The notes under the pieces are model-generated. The model saw nothing but the letters and a program-made list of their open reading frames with translations, searched no databases and had not been told where the DNA came from. This document shows positions 41,501-55,276 of a stretch of DNA of 64,000 nt, piece after piece (position 1 is the first letter of the stretch; the number at the start of each line of letters is the position of its first letter). The position numbers and the translations under genes were made by a program. Source of the DNA: Eledone cirrhosa (lineage: Eukaryota); NCBI GenBank assembly GCA_964016885.1, contig OZ024748.1:39990001-40054000 (forward strand). The letters run 5' to 3'.

Positions 41501-44500
41501 TACCATATTTTTAATGAAAGACACTGCCAATGTCATTAAATATTTCATTACCATATTTCTGACACTGTCTATGTCATTACCCATTTCATTATCATATTTC
41601 TAATAAAAGACACTGTTTATTTTATTAACCCTATCATTACCATATTTCTAATAAAAGACACTGTTTATTTTATTAACCCTATCATTACCATATTTCTAAT
41701 GAAAGACACTGTCTATTTCATTAACCTTTTCATTACCATATTTCTAATGAAAGACACTGTCTATGTCATTAACCCTTTCATTACCATATTTCTAATGAAA
41801 GTCACTGTCTATTTCATTAACCCTTTCATTACCATATTTCTAATGAAAGACACTGTCTATGTCATTAACCATTTCATTACCATATTTCTAATGAAAGTCA
41901 CTGTCTATGTCATTAACCCTTTCATTACCATATTTCTAATGAAAGTAACTGTCTATTTCATTACCATATTTCTAATGAAAGACACTGTCTATGTCATTAA
42001 CCCTTTCATTACAATATTTCTAATGAAAGTCACTGTCTATGTTATTAACCCTGTCATTGCCATATTTCTAATGAAAGTCACTGTCTATGTCATTATTCCT
42101 TTCATTACCATATTTCTAATGAAAGTCACTGTCTATGTCATTAACCCTTTCATTACCATATTTCTAATGAAAGACACTGTCTATGTCATTAACCGTTTCA
42201 TTACCATATTTCTAATGGAAGTCACTGTCTATTTCATTAACCCTTTCATTACCATATTTCTAATGAAAGACACTGTCTATTTCATTAACCCTTTCATTAC
42301 CATATTTCTAATGAAAGACACTATTTATGTCATTAACTCTTTCATTACCATATTTCTAATGAAAGACACTGTCTATTTCATTAACCCTTTCATTACCATA
42401 TTTCTAATGAAAGACACTGCCAATGTCATTAACTTTTTCATTACCATATTTCTGACACTGTCTATGTCATTAACCCTTTCATTATCATATTTCTAATAAA
42501 AGACACTGTTTATGTCATTAACCCTTTCATTACCATGTTTCTAATGAAAACACTGTCTATGTCATTAACCATTTCATTACCATATTTCTAATGAAAGTCA
42601 CTGTCTATCTCATTAACCCTTTCATTACCATATTTCTAATGAAAGACACTGTCTATGTCATTAACCCTTTCATTACCATATTTCTAATGAAAGACACTGT
42701 CTATGTCATTAACCCTTTCATTACCATATTTCTAATAAAAGTCACTGTCTATATCATTAAGCCTTTCATTACCATATTTCTAATGAAAGACACTGTCTAT
42801 ATCATTAACCCTTTCATTACCATATTTCTAATGAAAGACACTGTCTATGCAATTAACCCTTTCATTAATATATTTCTCACAAAAGCCACTGTTTATGTCA
42901 CTGACCATTTCATTACCATATTTCTAATGAAAGACATTGTCTATGTCAATAACACATTCATTACCATATTTCTAATGAAAGACACTGCCTATGTCATTAA
43001 CCCTTTCATTACCATATTTCTAATGAAAGACACTGTCTATGTCATTTACCCTTTATTATCATATTTCTAATGAAAGACACTGTCTATGTCATTAACCCTT
43101 TATTATCATATTTCTAATGAAAGACACTGTCTATGTCATTAACCCTTTTATTAACATATTTCTCACAAAATACACTGCCAATGTCCATATTACCATATTT
43201 CTAATGAAAGACACTGTCTATGTCATTAACTCTTTCATTACCATATTTCTAATGAAAGACACTGTCTATTTCATTAACCCTTTCATTGCCATATTTCTAA
43301 TGAAAGACACTGCCAATGTCATTAACTTTTACATTACCATATTTCTGACACTGTCTATGTCATTAACCCTTTCATTATCATATTTCTAATAAAAGACACT
43401 GTTTATTTTATTAACCCTATCATTACCATATTTCTAATGAAAGACACTGTCTATGTCATTAACCCTTTCATTACCATATTTCTAATGAAAGACACTGTCT
43501 ATTTCATTAACCCTTTCATTACCATATTTCTAATGAAAGACACTGTCTATTTCATTAACCCTTTCATTACCATATTTCTAATGAAAGACACTGTCTATTT
43601 CATTAACCCTTTCATTACCATATTTCTAATGAAAGACACTGTCTATTTCATTAACCCTTTCATTACCATATTTCTAATGAAAGACACTGTCTATTTCATT
43701 AACCCTTTCATTACCATATTTCTAATGAAAGACACTGTCTATTTCATTAACCTTTTCATTACCATATTTCTAATGAAAGACACTGTCTATGTCATTAACC
43801 CTTTCATTACCATATTTCTAATGAAAGACACTGCCAATGTCATTAACTTTTTCATTACCATATTTCTGACACTGTCTATGTCATTAACCCTTTCATTACC
43901 ATATTTCTAATGAAAGACACTGTCTATGTCATTAACCCTGTCATTACCATGTTTCTAATGAAAGACACTGCCGATGTCATTAACACATTCATTACCATAT
44001 TTCTGACACTGTCTAATTCATTAACCCTTTCATTACCATATTTCTAATGAAAGACACTGTCTATGTCATTAACCCTTTCATTACCATATTTCTAATGAAA
44101 GTCACTGTCTATGTCATTAACCCTTTCATTACCATATTTCTAATGAAAGATACTGTCTATGTCATTGACCATTTCATTACCATATTTCTAATGAAAGACA
44201 TTGTCTATGTCAATAACACATTCATTACCATATTTCTAATGAAAGACACTGCCTATGTCATTAACCCTTTCATTACCATATTTCTAATGAAAGACACTGT
44301 CTATGTCATTAACCCTTTATTATCATATTTCTAATGAAAGACACTGTCTATGTCATTAACCCTTTCATTAACATATTTCTCACAAAAGACACTGCCTATG
44401 TCCATATTACCATATTTCTAATGAAAGACACTGTCTATGTCATTAACTCTTTCATTACTATATTTCTAATGAAAGACACTGTCTATTTCATTAACCCTTT

Positions 44501-45559
44501 CATTACCATATTTCTAATGAAAGACACTGTCTATGCAATTAACCCTTTCATTAACATATTTCTCACAAAAGCCACTGTTTATGTCATTGACCATTTCATT
44601 ACCATATTTCTAATGAAAGACATTGTCTATGTCAATAACACATTCATTACCATATTTCTAATGAAAGACACTGCCTATGTCATTAACCCTTTCATTACCA
44701 TATTTCTAATGAAAGACACTGTCTATGTCATTTACCCTTTATTATCATATTTCTAATGAAAGACACTGTCTATGTCATTAACCCTTTATTATCATATTTC
44801 TAATGAAAGACACTGTCTATGTCATTAACCCTTTTATTAACATATTTCTCACAAAATACACTGCCTATGTCCATATTACCATATTTGTAATGAAAGACAC
44901 TGTCTATGTCATTAACTCTTTCATTACCATATTTCTAATGAAAGACACTGTCTATTTCATTAACCCTTTCATTGCCATATTTCTAATGAAAGACACTGCC
45001 AATGTCATTAACTTTTTCATTACCATATTTCTGACACTGTCTATGTCATTAACCCTTTCATTATCATATTTCTAATAAAAGACACTGTTTATTTTATTAA
45101 CCCTATCATTACCATATTTCTAATGAAAGACACTGTCTATGTCATTAACCCTTTCATTACCATATTTCTAATGAAAGACATTGTCTATGTCAATAACACA
45201 TTCATTACCATATTTCTAATGAAAGACACTGCCTATGTCATTAACACTTTCATTACCATATTTCTAATGTAAGACACTGTCTGTCATTAACCCTATCATT
45301 ACTATATTTCTGATGAAAGACACTGCCTATGTCATTAACCCTTTCATTACCATATTTCTAATGAAAGACACTGTCTATGTCATTAACCCTTTATTATCAT
45401 ATTTCTAATGAAAGACACTGTCTATGTCATTAACCCTTTATTATCATATTTCTAATGAAAGACACTGTCTATGTCATTAACCCTTTCATTAACATATTTC
45501 TCACAAAAGACACTGCCTATGTCCATATTACCATATTTCTAATGAAAGACACTGTCTAT

Positions 45560-48500
45560 GTCATTAACTCTTTCATTACTATATTTCTAATGAAAGACAC
45601 TGCCAATGTCATTAACATTTTCATTACCATATTTCTGACACTGTCTATGTCATTAACCCTTTCATTATCATATGTCTAATAAAAGACACTGTCTATTTCA
45701 TTAACCCTTTCATTACTATATTTCTAATGAAAGACACTGTCTATTTCATTAACCCTTTCATTACCATATTTGTAATGAAAGGCACTGTCTATTTCATTAA
45801 CCCTTTCATTACCATATTTCTAATGAAAGACACTATTTATGTCATTAACTCTTTCATTACCATATTTCTAATGAAAGACACTGTCTATTTCATTAACCCT
45901 TTCATTACCATATTTCTAATGAAAGACACTGCCAATGTCATTAACTTATTCATTACCATATTTCTGACACTGTCTATGTCATTAACCCTTTCATTATCAT
46001 ATTTCTAATAAAAGACACTGTTTATTTCATTAACCCTATCATTACCATATTTCTAATGAAAGACACTGTCTATTTCATTAACCCTTTCATTACCATATTT
46101 CTAATGAAAGACACTGTCTATGTCATTAACCCTTTCATTACCATATTTCTAATGAAAGACACTGTCTATGTCATTAACCCTTTCATTACCATATTTCTAA
46201 TAAAAGTCACTGTCTATATCATTAAGCCTTTCATTACCATATTTCTAATGAAAGACACTGTCTATGCAATTAACCCTTTCATTAACATATTTCTCACAAA
46301 AGCCACTGTTTATGTCATTGACCATTTCATTACCATATTTCTAATGAAAGACATTGTCTATGTCAATAACACATTCATTACCATATTTCTAATGAAAGAC
46401 ACTGCCTATGTCATTAACCCTTTCATTACCATATTTCTAATGAAAGACACTGTCTATGTCATTTACCCTTTATTATCATATTTCTAATGAAAGACACTGT
46501 CTATGTCATTAACCCTTTATTATCATATTTCTAATGAAAGACACTGTCTATGTCATTAACCCTTTTATTAACATATTTCTCACAAAATACACTGCCTATG
46601 TCCATATTACCATATTTCTAATGAAAGACACTGTCTATGTCATTAACTCTTTCATTACCATATTTCTAATGAAAGACCCTGTCTATTTCATTAACCCTTT
46701 CATTACCATATTTTTAATGAAAGACAGTGCCAATGTCATTAAATATTTCATTACCATATTTCTGACACTGTCTATGTCATTAACCCTTTCATTATCATAT
46801 TTCTAATAAAAGACACTGTTTATTTTATTAACCCTATCATTACCATATTTCTAATGAAAGACACTGTCTATGTCATTAACCCTTTCATTACCATATTTCT
46901 AATGAAAGACACTGTCTATTTCATTAAACCTTTCATTACCATATTTCTAATGAAAGACACTGTCTATGTCATTAATCCTTTCATTACCATATTTCTAATG
47001 AAAGACACTGTCTATTTCATTAACCCTTTCATTACCATATTTCTAATGAAAGACACTGTCTATTTCATTAACCCTTTCATTACCATATTTCTAATGAAAG
47101 ACACAGTCTATTTCATTAACCTTTTCATTACCATATTTCTAATGAAAGACACTGTCTATGTCATTAACCCTTTCATTACCATATTTCTAATGAAAGACAC
47201 TGTCTATGTCATTAACCCTTTCATTACCATATTTCTAATGAAAGTCACTGTCTATGTCATTAACCCTTTCATTACCATATTTCTAATGAAAGTCACTGTC
47301 TATGTCATTGACCCTTTCATTACCATATTTCTAATGAAAGTCACTGTCTATGTCATTAACCCTTTCATTTCCATATTTCTAATGAAAGTCACTGTCTATG
47401 TCATTAACCCTTTCATTACCATATTTCTAATGAAAGTCACTGTCTATGTCATTAACCCTTTCATTACCATATTTCTAATGAAAGTCACTGTCTATTTCAT
47501 TAACCCTTTCATTACCATATTTCTAATGAAAGACACTGTCTATGTCATTAACCATTTCATTACCATATTTCTAATGAAAGTCACTGTCTATGTCATTAAC
47601 CCTTTCATTACCATATTTCTAATGAAAGTCACTGTCTATTTCATTACCATATTTCTAATGAAAGACACTGTCTATGTCATTAACCCTTTCATTACAATAT
47701 TTCTAATGAAAGTCACTGTCTATGTTATTAACCCTGTCATTGCCATATTTCTAATGAAAGACACTGTCTATGTCATTAACCGTTTCATTACCATATTTCT
47801 AATGGAAGTCACTGTCTATTTCATTAACCCTTTCATTACCATATTTCTAATGAAAGACACTGTCTATTTCATTAACCCTTTCATTACCATATTTGTAATG
47901 AAAGACACTGTCTATTTCATTAACCCTTTCATTACCATATTTCTAATGAAAGACACTATTTATGTCATTAACTCTTTCATTACCATATTTCTAATGAAAG
48001 ACACTGTCTATTTCATTAAACCTTTCATTACCATATTTCTAATGAAAGACACTGCCAATATCATTAACTTTTTCATTACCATATTTCTGACACTGTCTAT
48101 GTCATTAACCCTTTCATTATCATATTTCTAATAAAAGACACTGTTTATGTCATTAACCCTTTCATTACCATGTTTCTAATGAAAACACTGTCTATGTCAT
48201 TAACCATTTCATTACCATATTTCTAATGAAAGTCACTGTCTATCTCATTAACCCTTTCATTACCATATTTCTAATGAAAGACACTGTCTATGTCATTAAC
48301 CCTTTCATTACCATATTTCTAATGAAAGACACTGTCTATGTCATTAACCCTTTCATTACCATATTTCTAATAAAAGTCACTGTCTATATCATTAAGCCTT
48401 TCATTACCATATTTCTAATGAAAGACACTGTCTATATCATTAACCCTTTCATTACCATATTTCTAATGAAAGACACTGTCTATGCAATTAACCCTTTCAT

Positions 48501-51500
48501 TAATATATTTCTCACAAAAGCCACTGTTTATGTCATTGACCATTTCATTACCATATTTCTAATGAAAGACATTGTCTATGTCAATAACACATTCATTACC
48601 ATATTTCTAATGAAAGACACTGTCTATGTCATTAACTCTTTCATTACTATATTTCTAATGAAAGACACTGCCAATGTCATTAACATTTTCATTACCATAT
48701 TTCTGACACTGTCTATGTCATTAACCCTTTCATTATCATATGTCTAATAAAAGACACTGTCTATTTCATTAACCCTTTCATTACTATATTTCTAATGAAA
48801 GACACTGTCTATTTCATTAACCCTTTCATTACCATATTTGTAATGAAAGGCACTGTCTATTTCATTAACCCTTTCATTACCATATTTCTAATGAAAGACA
48901 CTATTTATGTCATTAACTCTTTCATTACCATATTTCTAATGAAAGACACTGTCTATTTCATTAACCCTTTCATTACCATATTTCTAATGAAAGACACTGC
49001 CAATGTCATTAACTTATTCATTACCATATTTCTGACACTGTCTATGTCATTAACCCTTTCATTATCATATTTCTAATAAAAGACACTGTTTATTTCATTA
49101 ACCTATCATTACCATATTTCTAATGAAAGACACTGTCTATTTCATTAACCCTTTCATTACCATATTTCTAATGAAAGACACTGTCTATTTCATTAACCCT
49201 TTCATTACCATATTTCTAATGAAAACACTGTCTATGTCATTAACCATTTCATTACCATATTTCTAATGAAAGTCACTGTCTATCTCATTAACCCTTTCAT
49301 TACCATATTTCTAATGAAAGACACTGTCTATGTCATTAATCCTTTCATTACCATATTTCTAATGAAAGACACTGTCTATGTCATTAACCCTTTCATTACC
49401 ATATTTCTAATAAAAGTCACTGTCTATATCATTAAGCCTTTCATTACCATATTTCTAATGAAAGACACTGTCTATGCAATTAACCCTTTCATTAACATAT
49501 TTCTCACAAAAGCCACTGTTTATGTCATTGACCATTTCATTACCATATTTCTAATGAAAGACATTGTCTATGTCAATAACACATTCATTACCATATTTCT
49601 AATGAAAGACACTGCCTATGTCATTAACCCTTTCATTACCATATTTCTAATGAAAGACACTGTCTATGTCATTTACCCTTTATTATCATATTTCTAATGA
49701 AAGACACTGTCTATGTCATTAACCCTTTATTATCATATTTCTAATGAGAGACACTGTCTATGTCATTAACCCTTTTATTAACATATTTCTCACAAAATAC
49801 ACTGCCTATGTCCATATTACCATATTTCTAATGAAAGACACTGTCTATGTCATTAACTCTTTCATTACCATATTTCTAATGAAAGACACTGTCTATTTCA
49901 TTAACCCTTTCATTACCATATTTTTAATGAAAGACACTGCCAATGTCATTAAATATTTCATTACCATATTTCTGACACTGTCTATGTCATTAACCCTTTC
50001 ATTATCATATTTCTAATAAAAGACACTGTTTATTTTATTAACCCTATCATTACCATATTTCTAATGAAAGACACTGTCTATGTCATTAACCCTTTCATTA
50101 CCATATTTCTAATGAAAGACACTGTCTATTTCATTAACCCTTTCATTACCATATTTCTAATGAAAGACACTGTCTATGTCATTAATCCTTTCATTACCAT
50201 ATTTCTAATGAAAGACACTGTCTATTTCATTAACCCTTTCATTACCATATTTCTAACGAAAGACACTGTCTATTTCATTAACCCTTTCATTACCATATTT
50301 CTAATGAAAGACACTGTCTATTTCATTAACCTTTTCATTACCATATTTCTAATGAAAGACACTGTCTATGTCATTAACCCTTTCATTACCATATTTCTAA
50401 TGAAAGACACTGTCTATGTCATTAACCCTTTCATTACCATATTTCTAATGAAAGTCACAGTCTATGTCATTAACCCTTTCATTACCATATTTCTAATGAA
50501 AGTCACTGTCTATGTCATTGACCCTTTCATTACCATATTTCTAATGAAAGTCACTGTCTATGTCATTAACCCTTTCATTTCCATATTTCTAATGAAAGTC
50601 ACTGTCTATGTCATTAACCCTTTCATTACCATATTTCTAATGAAAGTCACTGTCTATGTCATTAACCCTTTCATTACCATATTTCTAATGAAAGTCACTG
50701 TCTATTTCATTAACCCTTTCATTACCATATTTCTAATGAAAGACACTGTCTATGTCATTAACCATTTCATTACCATATTTCTAATGAAAGTCACTGTCTA
50801 TGTCATTAACCCTTTCATTACCATATTTCTAATGAAAGTCACTGTCTATTTCATTACCATATTTCTAATGAAAGACACTGTCTATGTCATTAACCCTTTC
50901 ATTACAATATTTCTAATGAAAGTCACTGTCTATGTTATTAACCCTGTCATTGCCATATTTCTAATGAAAGTCACTGTCTATGTCATTATTCCTTTCATTA
51001 CCATATTTCTAATGAAAGTCACTGTCTATGTCATTAACCCTTTCATTACCATATTTCTAATGAAAGACACTGTCTATGTCATTAACCGTTTCATTACCAT
51101 ATTTCTAATGGAAGTCACTGTCTATTTCATTAACCCTTTCATTACCATATTTCTAATGAAAGACACTGTCTATTTCATTAACCCTTTCATTACCATATTT
51201 GTAATGAAAGACACTGTCTATTTCATTAACCCTTTCATTACCATATTTCTAATGAAAGACACTATTTATGTCATTAACTCTTTCATTACCATATTTCTAA
51301 TGAAAGACACTGTCTATTTCATTAACCCTTTCATTACCATATTTCTAATGAAAGACACTGCCAATATCATTAACTTTTTCATTACCATATTTCTGACACT
51401 GTCTATGTCATTAACCCTTTCATTATCATATTTCTAATAAAAGACACTGTTTATGTCATTAACCCTTTCATTACCATGTTTCTAATGAAAACACTGTCTA

Positions 51501-51900
51501 TGTCATTAACCATTTCATTACCATATTTCTAATGAAAGTCACTGTCTATCTCATTAACCCTTTCATTACCATATTTCTAATGAAAGACACTGTCTATGTC
51601 ATTAACCCTTTCATTACCATATTTCTAATGAAAGACACTGTCTATGTCATTAACCCTTTCATTACCATATTTCTAATAAAAGTCACTGTCTATATCATTA
51701 AGCCTTTCATTACCATATTTCTAATGAAAGACACTGTCTATATCATTAACCCTTTCATTACCATATTTCTAATGAAAGACACTGTCTATGCAATTAACCC
51801 TTTCATTAATATATTTCTCACAAAAGCCACTGTTTATGTCATTGACCATTTCTTTACCATATTTCTAATGAAAGATATTGTCTATGTCAATAACACATTC
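45560..51900. repeat. Tandem higher-order duplication, ~3.1-3.3-kb period
   Basis: 46534/49744 and 46854/50064 differ by 3210, with monomer-number indels shifting the offset on either side. Shared markers AAAGGCACT, AATGGAAGTC, AACCGTTTC, GCCAATATC. Ends approximate. Confidence 0.82.
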
Positions 51901-54900
51901 ATTACCATATTTCTAATGAAAGACAGTGCCTATGTCATTAACCCTTTCATTACCATATTTCTAATGAAAGACACTGTCTATGTCATTTACCCTTTATTAT
52001 CATATTTCTAATGAAAGACACTGTCTATGTCATTAACCCTTTATTATCATATTTCTAATGAAAGACACTGTCTATGTCATTAACCCTTTTATTAACATAT
52101 TTCTCACAAAATACACTGCCTATGTCCATATTACCATATTTCTAATGAAAGACACTGTCTATGTCATTAACTCTTTCATTACCATATTTCTAATGAAAGA
52201 CACTGTCTATTTCATTAACCCTTTCATTGCCATATTTCTAATGAAAGACACTGCCAATGTCATTAACTTTTCATTACCATATTTCTGACACTGTCTATGT
52301 CATTAACCCTTTCATTATCATATTTCTAATAAAAGACACTGTTTATTTTATTAACCCTATCATTACCATATTTCTAATGAAAGACACTGTCTATGTCATT
52401 AACCCTTTCATTACCATATTTCTAATGAAAGACACTGTCTATTTCATTAACCCTTTCATTACCATATTTCTAATGAAAGACACTGTCTATTTCATTAACC
52501 CTTTCATTACCATATTTCTAATGAAAGACACTGTCTATTTCATTATCCCTTTCATTACCATATTTCTAATGAAAGACACTGTCTATTTCATTAACCCTTT
52601 CATTACCATATTTCTAATGAAAGACACTGTCTATTTCATTAACCCTTTCATTACCATATTTCTAATGAAAGACACTGTCTATTTCATTAACCTTTTCATT
52701 ACCATATTTCTAATGAAAGACACTGTCTATGTCATTAACCCTTTCATTACCATATTTCTAATGAAAGACACTGCCAATGTCATTAACTTTTTCATTACCA
52801 TATTTCTGACACTGTCTATGTCATTAACCCTTTCATTACCATATTTCTAATGAAAGACACTGTCTATGTCATTAACCCTGTCATTACCATGTTTCTAATG
52901 AAAGACACTGCCGATGTCATTAACACATTCATTACCATATTTCTGACACTGTCTATTTCATTAACCCTTTCATTAACATATTTCTCACAAAAGACACTGC
53001 CTATGTCCATATTACCATATTTCTAATGAAAGACACTGTCTATGTCATTAACTCTTTCATTACTATATTTCTAATGAAAGACACTGTCTATTTCATTAAC
53101 CCTTTCATTACCATATTTCTAATGAAAGACACTGTCTATGCAATTAACCCTTTCATTAACATATTTCTCACAAAAGCCACTGTTTATGTCATTGACCATT
53201 TCATTTCCATATTTCTAATGAAAGACATTGTCTATGTCAATAACACATTCATTACCATATTTCTAATGAAAGACACTGCCTATGTCATTAACCCTTTCAT
53301 TACCATATTTCTAATGAAAGACACTGTCTATGTCATTTACCCTTTATTATCATATTTCTAATGAAAGACACTGTCTATGTCATTAACCCTTTATTATCAT
53401 ATTTCTAATGAAAGACACTGTCTATGTCATTAACCCTTTTATTAACATATTTCTCACAAAATACACTGCCTATGTCCATATTACCATATTTCTAATGAAA
53501 GACACTGTCTATGTCATTAACTCTTTCATTACCATATTTCTAATGAAAGACACTGTCTATTTCATTAACCCTTTCATTGCCATATTTCTAATGAAAGACA
53601 CTGCCAATGTCATTAACTTTTTCATTATCATATTTCTGACACTGTCTATGTCATTAACCCTTTCATTATCATATTTCTAATAAAAGACACTGTTTATTTT
53701 ATTAACCCTATCATTACCATATTTCTAATGAAAGACACTGTCTATGTCATTAACCCTTTCATTACCATATTTCTAATGAAAGACACTGTCTATTTCATTA
53801 ACCCTTTCATTACCATATTTCTAATGAAAGACACTGTCTATTTCATTAACCCTTTCATTACCATATTTCTAATGAAAGACACTGTCTATTTCATTAACCC
53901 TTTCATTACCATATTTCTAATGAAAGACACTGTCTATTTCATTAACCCTTTCATTACCATATTTCTAATGAAAGACACTGTCTATTTCATTAACCCTTTC
54001 ATTACCATATTTCTAATGAAAGACACTGTCTATTTCATTAACCTTTTCATTACCATATTTCTAATGAAAGACACTGTCTATGTCATTAACCCTGTCATTA
54101 CCATGTTTCTAATGAAAGACACTGCCGATGTCATTAACACATTCATTACCATATTTCTGACACTGTCTATTTCATTAACCCTTTCATTACCATATTTCTA
54201 ATGAAAGACACTGTCTATGTCATTAACCCTTTCATTACCATATTTCTAATGAAAGTCACTGTCTATGTCATTAACCCTTTCATTACCATATTTCTAATGA
54301 AAGATACTGTCTATGTCATTGACCATTTCATTACCATATTTCTAATGAAAGACATTGTCTATGTCAATAACACATTCATTACCATATTTCTAATGAAAGA
54401 CACTGCCTATGTCATTAACCCTTTCATTACCATATTTCTAATGAAAGACACTGTCTATGTCATTAACCCTTTATTATCATATTTCTAATGAAAGACACTG
54501 TCTATGTCATTAACCCTTTCATTAACATATTTCTCACAAAAGACACTGCCTATGTCCATATTACCATATTTCTAATGAAAGACACTGTCTATGTCATTAA
54601 CTCTTTCATTACTATATTTCTAATGAAAGACACTGTCTATTTCATTAACCCTTTCATTACCATATTTCTAATGAAAGACACTGTCTATGCAATTAACCCT
54701 TTCATTAACATATTTCTCACAAAAGCCACTGTTTATGTCATTGACCATTTCATTTCCATATTTCTAATGAAAGACATTGTCTATGTCAATAACACATTCA
54801 TTACCATATTTCTAATGAAAGACACTGCCTATGTCATTAACCCTTTCATTACCATATTTCTAATGAAAGACACTGTCTATGTCATTTACCCTTTATTATC

Positions 54901-55276
54901 ATATTTCTAATGAAAGACACTGTCTATGTCATTAACCCTTTATTATCATATTTCTAATGAAAGACACTGTCTATGTCATTAACCCTTTTATTAACATATT
55001 TCTCACAAAATACACTGCCTATGTCCATATTACCATATTTCTAATGAAAGACACTGTCTATGTCATTAACTCTTTCATTACCATATTTCTAATGAAAGAC
55101 ACTGTCTATTTCATTAACCCTTTCATTGCCATATTTCTAATGAAAGACACTGCCAATGTCATTAACTTTTTCATTACCATATTTCTGACACTGTCTATGT
55201 CATTAACCCTTTCATTATCATATTTCTAATAAAAGACACTGTTTATTTTATTAACCCTATCATTACCATATTTCTA

